Positions 53,941 through 64,000 of a DNA stretch of 64,000 nt are shown here, in pieces; within the stretch, counting starts at the first letter, position 1, and each line of letters starts with the position of its first letter. The position numbers and the translations under genes are program-made. The stretch comes from Felis catus. Its lineage: Eukaryota. The stretch spans positions 135,470,001 to 135,534,000 of the forward strand of contig NC_058369.1 in assembly GCF_018350175.1 (NCBI RefSeq). The letters are read 5' to 3'. Under the pieces are notes generated by a model, which saw nothing but the letters and a program-made list of their open reading frames with translations, ran no database searches and was not told the DNA's origin.

Positions 53941-56111
53941 AAATCTAGGGATCTTAATGGAAATCTGATCCAATCTGATACNNNNNNNNNNNNNNNNNNN
54001 NNNNNNNNNNNNNNNNNNNNNNNNNNNNNNNNNNNNNNNNNNNNNNNNNNNNNNNNNNNNNNNNNNNNNNNNNNNNNNNNNNNNNNNNNNNNNNNNNNNN
54101 NNNNNNNNNNNNNNNNNNNNNNNNNNNNTAATCAACACCAACAAGAACCAAATTCACAACTTTTTAAGATAAAAATGAGATAAGCTCAAATGAGCCTGAA
54201 ATAGAATAGAAATAAATTGAGAGTGAGTAAATTATAAAACTTCCCTTAGAAAGTCAGCACCTGCCATGGGCTGCCTTGTGGCTGATGCATCTGGAGGCAG
54301 AGTGAAATGGTTAAAAGGATGGATAGACTCTGATTCAAGCCCCTGCTCTGCTTCTTGACCAACCAAGAGTTTTTGAGCAAATTCCATAACCTGTCAGAGC
54401 TTCAGTTTTTTCTCCTATAAAATGGGGTAATAACATACCCACTTGTAGATTCTTTGTGAGAATCAATGATAGAATGCAGGTCAAGTGCTAGTGAATGGCA
54501 GGTACTATAGATGAGTTTGCTATTTTAGGATCAAGAAACAATAGTGTTCTAATACTGGGAGCAGAAAAAGCAAAGTGTGGAAGAATAACAGTATCCTGCA
54601 GAGGCATCAGGGAATAGATTCGGAATCTCCTCTGTGGGGAAGACAAAGTAAGGTCTTTATTTCATAATATGCATGAGACAGTTAAGTGGTCATCAAGCAT
54701 AATAAACCGTTTGCTTCACTGTGCAAACTACTTCAATCCAAAAACCCAGAAAAGATTTCTTGGGGAAGCAGGCCTTCATACATTTGAAATGAGGGTTCTG
54801 CTTTGTAGCACCTTTATAGAGATAGTTAGTGACAAGTTGTGATGTCAGGGTCAGGTGTACAGGCCATGGGGTCAGACAGCCAGACATCCATCCCCTCCAA
54901 GACCAGTGAGATCTTGAGCTAGTCATTCACTTTTCTCATCAGTACAATTGGGACAATCATATTCAAGGCTGCTTATCTGATTTCAAAAGCTAAGATGTGA
55001 ATTTGGTTCTTGGTTAGTGTTGATCAACCAGGAGACACCCTCTTTTTTTTTTTTTTCTCAGTAACTGGTTCCAATGCACTGATGTCATAGGGCGGCTCTA
55101 AGGATTAAACAAGACCATGTGTGCAATGATCTTAGCCCAGTACCTGGCACACGGGAGTCAATCCATTGTAATTCCTAAAGTGATCAAGATGTCATCATCC
55201 CCATGTCCTGTCCGAGGAGCCTGAGGTTAAACAGCTAGTTACTGGCAGAGGAGAGGCAGACCTCTGGGACAATCCAGTATCAAAGTATAGGTTTTGTGAT
55301 GATTTGGCTGAAACTTTAGCCTGACAGGTAGACTGACTTGTTAGAGGTCCCAAAGCATGTCAGGAATGCAGCAGGGCACAGCATCTGGTCCTTGCGCTAG
55401 GTACTTGTTAATCCATAGGCTGCATGTACAAACCCGCCCAAATGCTGTAAAGAACGTGCTCATCAAACCAGGAAGAAATTCAGCCACTCAGGGACAAAGG
55501 AGAAGTTCTGTACTTCCTGTGACATTCCCTGGTAATTGTGCCTCTTGGTCACTCTACTGTTAGGAGCTGGCTGCCATCTACACTGTTTTACTGGTTCCTT
55601 TGCAATTGCTTTGGATTCAAAAACTCAGAATTTAAATTCAAGGATGTTTTTCCTGATAATGAATTCCCTTGCTTTCTACTAAGTCTGAGAATTTGGCTTG
55701 AGCCAGAGTTGGCTGTGGGCTTCTATCTCCTCCTATCCACTGAGACTTGTACTCATTCTTATTTTGTATCAGAGTCTTTGCAAAGACTGTTCTAAGCCTG
55801 GAGCTCAGTGTTGCCCAGGAGAAGTGAAAGGCAGAGACCAGCAGGCGCATAAAACCACAATGGTGGGAACAGCTATGTTGAGTTCGACGGAGCTGCTCTT
55901 TGAATGAGTTCAAGACAGAGAAGGTGCCCTCTGCAAGGGAAGGGTGTGGCTTAAATGAATAAAATGCCTCTTACACAGCTCTCTTCCACTGTCCACTGAC
56001 AGCCAGGCCAGTGGGATGAATTTTTGCTTTCTAGTATTTGGCAACTTCTCAGCATATTGGAAAGAGCGAGAGAGTGAGAAGTATGGCAGATTTCAAAACA
56101 GGCTAACTTTA

Positions 56112-56326
56112 TTTAATGTATTTAATTTTTTTTTTTCAGAGAGAGAGAGATCTCAAGCATGTGAGTGCAAGCAGTGGAGGGGCAGAGGGAAAGGAGAGAG
56201 AATCTTAAGCAGGCTTGTACCCAGTGTGGAGCTCAAAGCGAGGCTCGATCTCACGACCGTGAGATCATGGGCTGAGCCAAAATCAAGAGTTAGATGATCA
56301 ACCGACTGAGCCACCCAGGTGCCCCC
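56112..56326 (-). mobile_element. CAN-SINE near WNT2 exon 4 donor
   Basis: Full body; imperfect TSD aaaacaggctaacttta / aaagcgggctaacttta. Confidence 0.92.
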
Positions 56327-56774
56327 AAAGCGGGCTAACTTTAAAGCCCTGGACCCCTCTTCCAGAGTTACAGAGGTGGTATTTGTGAGGGGGAAGGTAC
56401 CTTACATAGCTCTACTCTTCTTGGCTCCCAGATCACAGGAAAGATGCTGGGTTGCTGTACAGGGTCGTTAGTCGACCAGTTAGAGTTTTGTCAAGGCCGA
56501 AGAATCTCGCTAATCTACATATTTTCACTCTTTGCCATGTACTTTCTTGGGTTCACATTCCTCCAGAACCTGCACATTATCAACCCATTTCTCCAGCTGC
56601 TTAGGAAAGCTCTCTGTGCACTTTAAATATGACTTATAAGAACACGAACTTTGAATCTGAAGGCATCAAGCTGCACTTACAGAACTGTCAGGCTGAAATA
56701 CAGAACTGCATTTAAATTGTGGAGTATTGATTGTGAAAGAATTAGGTACCGTGAATAATGTGCATTGAACTTAC

Positions 56775-57039
56775 CTGCATCTCGGTCCCTGATACAATAG
56801 TCTGGAGAATTCTCAAAATACACGAGGTCATTTTTTGTTGGCTTCTTAAACCTCTTGTTAGCCACAGTGAAACCAGTGCCATCCTGGTTCATGACGACCT
56901 GGATGGCCCCGTTGTACTTCCTCCAGAGGTAATCGCCCGTTTTTCTGAAGTCAGCCATGGCCAGCCAGCACGTCCTCAGAGTACACGAGCCACTCACTCC
57001 GTGACACTTGCATTCTTGTTTCAAGAACCGCTTTACCGC
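56775..57039 (-). CDS. WNT2: WNT2 penultimate coding exon (exon 4), 265 bp
   Basis: Translates [88 protein letters not shown]. This includes the Wnt signature CKCHGxSGSC with the palmitoleoylated Ser (codon 56994-56992) and matches WNT2 as I recall it. Acceptor ttccggcag|GCG at 57040/57039; donor GCAG|gtaagt at 56775/56774 (phase 1). Confidence 0.97.
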
Positions 57040-60000
57040 CTGCCGGAAGAGATGGGCAAGTTCAGTGCAGGCGGACTCAAGCTCCTGACACAAGCTACAA
57101 ACTCCTTACCTCGGAGCAATGCAGAAGTGACTCTGATGACACAGGATCCTGGGGCTCAGGACTGGGAGATGGTGGTCACTTCAGCCACACCCCCTGACTA
57201 CGGTAGGTGGGGTACTGGGGAGAATCGGGGCAGGGGGCTTGCCTGACTGTGAACCCTATTTGGCTATTGGTATAACAAGAACCTCACCAATTTGAATTTT
57301 ATAGGGTACAGGGCCAGTTTGACAAGCGAGAGAATGAATTAGAGTTCTTTTCTAAATAAATATGGCTTTATTATATTAAAAATATATTGTACTACTCAGT
57401 AATTGCTAAGCCTGCTTCTTTCAGTAAGCCAATAGTAGTGACTGTTACCATTTGCAGGGTCCTATCCATGTTCCAGGCATTGCACTAATGCTTTCTCCAC
57501 TCTATCTCAGTGACCTGAACCTTCACACAATCCCATGCTACCATATTTATTTTGCAGATGATGGAAGAGCAAATATGAGGGACATCAAAGCACCTGCCCA
57601 AAGTTCCACAGCTGGTATAGGACAGAGCCAGGGTACACTGGAAATCCAGCCAGTGGCCCTGAGAATGCCATTAAATTTGGGAGAGTGTCACTCAGGTCCG
57701 GCCAAAGTATTCAGCTTAGATGACAGGGCTGAGCTTACTCTGTTTTGTTTGTTTGTTTGTTTGTTTTTGTAGAAGGGAAACAAAGGCACATGGGACAAGC
57801 CTGTCTCAGCTGGCTTGGATGGCCTGGATGGCCTCCATGAATAGGCTGTAAGCCTGTGGACAGGGAAGGGCTCTGGTGGACCCTGGAACCACCCAGGGAC
57901 ATTTCTGTTTTGGTCTTGGGATTAGCCAGCAGACCTGTGCCAGCCCCAACGCAATTTTGTGAGTGTTAGGTGGCCCTGGCACATCTCTCCTTGGCTCGGC
58001 TGAGTGAAGAAGGTCATGAGCACCCATGGTCCTCAGAGCCATCCTGAGCTACCACTGTTCCCATTTCACAAGTGAGGAAACTAGGGATCAGGGAAGTAAG
58101 ATGACTGGCCCACATTGCTGGGCCTGGGTGTGGAATGGCAGGTGCAAACCCAGACTCTGGATGTACAAATGAATGGATTTCCCCAAAATATTTTCTCAGA
58201 GTATGTTTTCTGACTAAAAACCTTCCTGTGTTCCCTTTTTCTTATGATTCACTACTTTAACCATTGTCATTCCCCCCCTTACAGAACTAATCTCTTGTTC
58301 AATCAATCACTTTTCCAAATTATTATTATATTGAGAGAGCATTTTGTTGCTCATAGGAGATCATGACTGATGAGTAGGGGCTTCCCCCATCAGATACCCA
58401 AAACAACGTGATACACAGAAGGGCAGTGTGGGTGGCCAGCCTTAGAGGTCTCACTAAAACCATGTGGTTGGTCCTTGGCTCAGTCTTGGAGCAGAGAGGG
58501 AGAAACCAGCCAACTGAGGGCTCCCATCCTCTCTTATTTGCATCCCCAAGACAGCATCTCGGGGTGGAAGGCATAGGCAGAGGGGGCAGTGAACCCCCTT
58601 GGTGACATTATCCAAGGTGGTACTAGGAACAAAATTCTAAGGGTAACACACTGAGAGAAATATGTCCAAGAACTTGGATGTGGTAGTTTCAGTCCTGCCC
58701 TGCCTACTTCCCGAGATTCCAGTATAATCGGTCTGGGTGTGGGATGTGAGTTGGTGGCTCCAGCACACATCCCAGGGGGAGCTCCCTGCAGTACACTTGC
58801 TGACCCTTCCCCACCCCAAACACACATGCAGACAACAGCATTCCAGGCTGCCTCTCCAGGGTCTCACCTGGGTAACTTTGCCCAACCTGGTTTTGCCTCT
58901 CACAGATTGTTTCTTTTCTAACCACGTGTGCAGAAAGGTTCTTCATTCAAGAAAGTCAGCCCCAAAAAAGCATTCTAGAGCTGAAGGAGCCAAGACATCA
59001 TGGTGGCTCTATGGTTGTGACTTCACTCACACCCTTCCCAGTTGGGTCCTCAGCATCCTATGTTTCCCGCTTTGCCCCTGATGGTGGAACGTGCCCTGTT
59101 AACATTTGAAACCTGTCCTCTTCAGCATGAGCTGGCCTTGAAGGGCAAAGACAGAGAAGTGAGCAGGGGGAGTGTCATCAGTTTGGCCCTCTGGGTCACA
59201 GGGATCCGGGGGTATTTAAGGGATGTCATAGAATGAACTCCTTTTCTGGAACTACACTCCCACCATGTGCCTCCCTACCCCCATATCTATATTCCAGGTA
59301 TTTGGTATGTGGTTCACTGGGTGACCTGGACAGCAGGCCTCCACCACAGACACAACCCTACAAGGGTCACCTTGGCCCCTGACTGCCCCATTTGGGTCTC
59401 ACCTGTCCAAGCGTGAGACCCACTATCTCAGTAGTGCCATATAATACTCCGTGCCAAGTGCTTGGGAATTGAATATTCATTCTTCAAAGCTTATTCCTTT
59501 TAAAACTGTGTTATTTACTCATAAATAACACTCTTAGCTCAAAAATGACAGGAACTATTACTGCCCTTCCTTTGTACTGATAAACTTCCAGGTTACAAAC
59601 TTTGAAGTTGTTATTTTAGATGATTAACTGAAGCATTTCATATTAATTGAAAGTTGGATTTTACACATCTTATGAATCCTTAAAAATACACACAGCAGTG
59701 GTACACCCTGTTGATCATCATCATCATGTGCAATAGACATTCCCCTCTTCCATCATAAGTTTTGTTCAAGTGTTGGGCAGCCACGTGCTTCAGAACCGGC
59801 CAGGCCTCTCTCTGACCCAGAGCGGCCCAAATCAGTAATAGTAATTTCATTGTGCTGTTACTGATTCAGTTTGGGCCAGTATGATGTTAGGAGGAATCTG
59901 TAGGCAGACTTGTGAGAAAGATTTCTTTACTCTTTAAAAGAGACACAGGAGGAGAAGGTGCTTTTCTCTGTCTCCAGATGCAGTTTTCTGCAGCAGTCCC

Positions 60001-60328
60001 TTTGAGACACGATGCAGCCAAAACACGACCAGCAACAAGCTGGTGGTGGTGGTATTGAAAGACGGTGGGAAGAACTGGGTGTGGAGGATGTCGCTGAGCG
60101 GCTTTAATGAACCCACCTTGGTCCTGCCCTGTCTCTGTCCTTCTTGTGATCCAAGATATTAAGTTTGTGCCCCCAGGGGCTGTTGCTTACAACTGAAAGT
60201 ATTTCAACTGGAACCATGGTCAGTTCTTGACTGTGTATGAATCACAGGCTCCATCTGACAGTTAACCTTGGGGGGAAGTGAGACCTTCTCTGATGCTGGG
60301 TTTGCTTACACCTCCAGGCCCCACTCTT

Positions 60329-60541
60329 TTTTTTTTTTTTTTTTTAATTTATTTTTGGGACAGAGACAGACAGAGCATGAACGGGGGAGGGGCAGAGAGA
60401 GAGGGAGACACAGAATCGGAAACAGGCTCCAGGCTCCGAGCCATCAGCCCAGAGCCCGACGCGGGGCTCGAACTCACGGACCGCAAGATCGTGACCTGGC
60501 TGAAGTCGGACGCTTAACCGACTGTGCCACCCAGGCGCCCC
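60329..60541 (-). mobile_element. Young felid CAN-SINE in WNT2 intron 3
   Basis: Pure poly-T tail and intact CpGs; TSD aggccccactctt at 60316-60328 and 60544-60556. Confidence 0.96.
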
Positions 60542-61289
60542 ATAGGCCCCACTCTTAACACACAGCCTGTTCAGGGCTCAGTCACAGTTCGGGGCCACCT
60601 CCACCTCTGGGTTTGCAGACTTGAAATTCAAACTCTTAACTTTGAAGAGGACAACACTCTGCTCAATCAGAGAGGCAGAGGGAAGGGGAGCTAAGCCTAG
60701 GTGGCCTGATTTATAGAGTAGCTGATGTAAGAATAAGGAATGGGACTGAGAAACTCAGTGAGTTCAGGAACTTCCTAGTTTAAAAGAATTCCCATAATCA
60801 AATGTTGTTATAAGAACACTGTAACAATAGCCACTTATTCCTCTACTGTTTATAGGCCAGGATCTGTGACAGGTGGTTCACACACATTATCTTACTTAAT
60901 TACCACAATTAGGCAAAATAGGTTATTATTCCCATTCTGTAATTATGAAAACCAGGGCTCATTGAGGAAAGTAAAATCCCCAGAGTTACCCAGATAGACA
61001 GAGGCAGAACTAGGGGGTGAGTCAATGTCTCATTCCCAGATTTGCACTCTTTCTAAAAACATTTAAAATCCTATATAACTTGCATTGTTCTTTTCTCAAA
61101 TACTGCATTATGCTTACTGTTTCCCTCCATTCTTTTGAATAAGAATTGGCTAGATAAGATTATCTGCATAATGGAGAAAAAGGAGGTAGAGAGATTAAGT
61201 AGGAGGTATTATATTGCATCTTCCAAACTAATAGTCATCAAAAATCTATTTGACAGGCAATCTACAGAAAAAATAGAAAGTCCCAAGAA

Positions 61290-61800
61290 AAATACATATG
61301 ATGTTCAACTTCACCAGTATCAGAGAAATGCAAACTAAAAGAAGGCAATACTTTTTTTGCCCATCAGATTAACAAATAGTACAAAACTTGGTAATATTTG
61401 GTATTCGTAAGAGTTCCAGGAGGAAATGCCTTAACAAACTGTTGGTGGAAGAGTAAATTCATAAATGGAAAGCATTTTTGCAACACCTGTCAAAATTTTA
61501 AATTTATGTATCCTTTGACCTCCGTGATTCCACTCTGAAAATATTTGCGCAAACTTTAAAGGATACATACCCATATGGATGTTCATTGCAGCATACTCAG
61601 CAATAGCAAAATATTAGGAAAAAAGCCCAAATGACGTCAACAGGAAAATGGTTAAGCAAATTATGGTATATGCTTAATAATGGAATATTATGTGGTCTTT
61701 GAATAATGAGGCAGATCAGTATTACAGAATGAAAGGAAGCCAAGTGACAAAAATAAATTGCAGAAATAATTGCATATGTGGTATGATCCACTTTTTAAAG
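61290..61800 (+). mobile_element. Ancient L1 (L1ME-like) ORF2-end/3' fragment
   Basis: atcagagaaatgcaaactaaaa, ctgttggtggaagagtaaatt, gatgttcattgcagcat and aaattatggtatat are decayed L1 3' motifs. Confidence 0.7.
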
Positions 61801-61919
61801 GCCTGCATACGGATGCATACACAGAGAAAGAAGGGAACACATGTTCTTTTACAATCTGGCTGCAGTCTGAGGGGTTGCATGGTCTGGAAAGAGAGGGAAA
61901 AACAGAGTCAAACTCTTTG

Positions 61920-62147
61920 ATAGGTAAAGGGGGTTAAGAGGTACAAACTTCCAGTTATAAGTCATGGAAGTGAAAAGTATAGCATGGGGAGTATAATCGA
62001 TAATATCGTAATAACGTTGTATGGTGACAGGTGCTGACCACACTAACAGTGAGCATTGAGTAATGTATAGAATTGTTGCATCAATATGTTGTACACTTGA
62101 AACTGATATAACATTGTGTGTTAATTATACTTTAACTTAAAAAAAAG
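61920..62147 (+). mobile_element. Truncated L1 3' end (L1MA/carnivore type)
   Basis: taagaggtacaaacttccagttataag...tgttgtacacttgaaactgatataacattgtgtgttaattatactttaacttaaaaaaaa; weak TSD gtcaaactct / gtcaagctct. Confidence 0.8.
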
Positions 62148-62230
62148 GGGGGTCAAGCTCTGTACTGAAGTCTGCAGAGTAAAACAACAGGAATCTGGGG
62201 ATTGCTCCCTGGCATCTGGAGAGAGCAGAG

Positions 62231-62400
62231 CAGCGCTTCTCATTGTGGCTAGGCATTAAAATCACCTGGGGATGGCTTCCAGAGCCCAGACTGGCCCCTC
62301 CCTGGGCAGAATAAAACAGAACCTAGGCGGGGGGTGGGCCCCTGCCTCGAGGTTACAATGGTCTCAGGTGCTTCTAATGTGAGGCCATGGTGGAGAACTG
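62231..62400 (+). mobile_element. MER5-type hAT MITE
   Basis: cagcgcttctca..gcattaaaatcacctgggg...caggtgcttctaatgtg..ggtggagaactg. Confidence 0.65.
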
Positions 62401-64000
62401 TGAATCCCAAATCACGTCCAAGCCAGGAATGTCCTGGAGGAGGGAAGAAGCAGCACTGCCCCAGCGTCCCGGGGCCCACCGAGGGCCGGAGCAGGTGAGA
62501 CACTCCGGTGGCAGAGAGCCGCATTATATTTCTAGGAACAGGTAGAGCTGACTATTGAATTAGGATTTGTGTCCTAACCTGTCTCCAAAGCATTCTAGTC
62601 TCCGGGAAGAAATGGCCCCAGGAAACAATTTGTGCTCATGCTATTTTGGAGGGAATCAAAGATGGGGGTGGAGTAAAAGCCAAGTGCTTTTAGAGGACCA
62701 TGCGGCAGTGGAGGAGCCTGCCTGAGGGGACATGCTGGTGAGGTGAGGGGGGAGGAGCTGGTGGGCTCCCCACAGGGCCCTCAGGAGGAGAGCAGCTGCA
62801 GACTTACCTGTGTGGTAAAGGAGGGAGTAGGCAAAGCAGGGGACCTGGAGACATCCCAGGGGCTGTCAGACCATCTGGGCTTTTTGTGTTTGTTTGCTTT
62901 TAAATTATACTTTCAGAATTTTTAATTAAAGAAATATGGGCACATGATTTAAAAATATCAGATAGTCCAGGAAAGATCAGGGGGTAAAGCAGCAGAAACC
63001 TTCTGTTGTACCCTTCTCCTCACTCCCACTTTTTCTGACAGCCCAGCACAATCCTAGAGATGGTCATTCGAAATGAATTCTGTGCTTAGCCTTCTGGTGG
63101 TTACCTAAATGCTTATACAAACAGTTCTCTGTGAACAGACCCCTGACTTAGGGAGAAATCAAAACAGGCATCCCATCTTCAAGACATTTGATAGACATCT
63201 GCCAGAAAATTGTCATAATAACTAAACAAATCTACTACAGTAACCACGAGGTGAACAGAGCCCTCTGGAGGGGCGCAGTGCAGTGTTGGCACAACTGAAT
63301 GTGGCAGCCCCGTGTGTGACTGTGAACCTACTGACTAACATGGTATATTTCCTAAGAGACTTCTTACAGTGGTTGGGAATTTAACCTAGTCCTCACTTCC
63401 TCACCTCACCTCTCAACATGGTTGTATCGCAGTTCTGGTGATCTAGGCAACTTCAAGGAGCAAACTTACACCTGTTCTTGTTCCAAAAGGTGCTGTCTCA
63501 TCTGAGGATAGTGCAGTCCCTCTTCCCTCCTCCCCTTCTGCTTCCCAGTCTCCATCAGCATTGCCCGTCCTTTTACAGGGACAAAGATGAGAGCAGTAAA
63601 GTCCTGTTCTGTGACTCTGCTTGTCTCCCACAATGTGTCTAGACGTTGATTCTAAAAATTGAAAACAGCCAACATTTAGGTGATACTGTTGACCACGCAT
63701 CCAAGGACCATGCCAGCACAGCAGGTCATAATGTCTAGTCCAGTATCACAGCCTCTGTGCCAAAGAATGTTACTGGGGTGAAGTTTGTGGTTTTCCCATT
63801 TTACTTGCTACCAATTTCATTTGTTTTGCACTCTCACAGTCCTTCCATCTTTCCTACCACTTCTCTCATTTCCTGGGATCTTTGCAATCTTCCATCATCT
63901 TCCAACCTGGACTGGTTACACAGCTGAGACCCAACATCATGCCTTCCCAGTCTGCACGCACTACCTTGCTGATGCCACATTCACTCTCTTTTGGTTTATT

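Larger units (their letters stand above)
39045..56774 (-). other. WNT2: WNT2 last intron (GT-AG, 17,730 bp)
   Basis: Lies between the canonical donor (gtaagt) and acceptor (ttccag) of two phase-compatible exons. Confidence 0.93.
57040..64000 (-). other. WNT2: WNT2 preceding intron (intron 3), partial; upstream exons are outside the window
   Basis: No Wnt N-terminal coding sequence in the ORF track to the right of 57040; the region is unique DNA plus repeats. Confidence 0.85.

Noticed and set aside
56758-57246. 162-aa plus-strand ORF, and similar ORFs at 38534-39249
   Set aside because: Antisense shadows of WNT2 exons with no recognisable domain.
63258-63278. CTCF-like GC motif (gccctctggaggggcgc)
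   Set aside because: Two mismatches or a spacing error against the core consensus; too weak without binding data.

Overview
Mammalian genomic DNA, almost certainly a felid judging by the cat-type CAN-SINEs and L1. The window holds the 3' half of WNT2 on the minus strand: a 265-bp penultimate coding exon (57039-56775), a 17.7-kb last intron, the terminal coding exon (39044-38815) and a 3' UTR with AATAAA signals at 38448 and 37921. The upstream WNT2 exons lie beyond the right edge. Positions 1-37 kb are repeat-rich intergenic DNA downstream of WNT2. The most structured object there is a nested insertion: a decayed HNRNPA1 processed pseudogene (minus strand) whose 3' UTR is split by a full-length, inactivated ~6.1-kb L1 (13-bp target-site duplication, TSD), which itself carries a SINE in ORF2 (18-bp TSD). 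The whole stack probably sits in an even older L1. The rest is about 16 CAN-SINEs, truncated L1s, a MaLR solo LTR, MER20/MER5, MIR and L2 relics, and nine N-runs. I found no credible novel protein-coding gene or new biological system. The findings are structural observations and testable regulatory hypotheses. Repeat subfamily names come from recalled consensus sequences, not from a database search.
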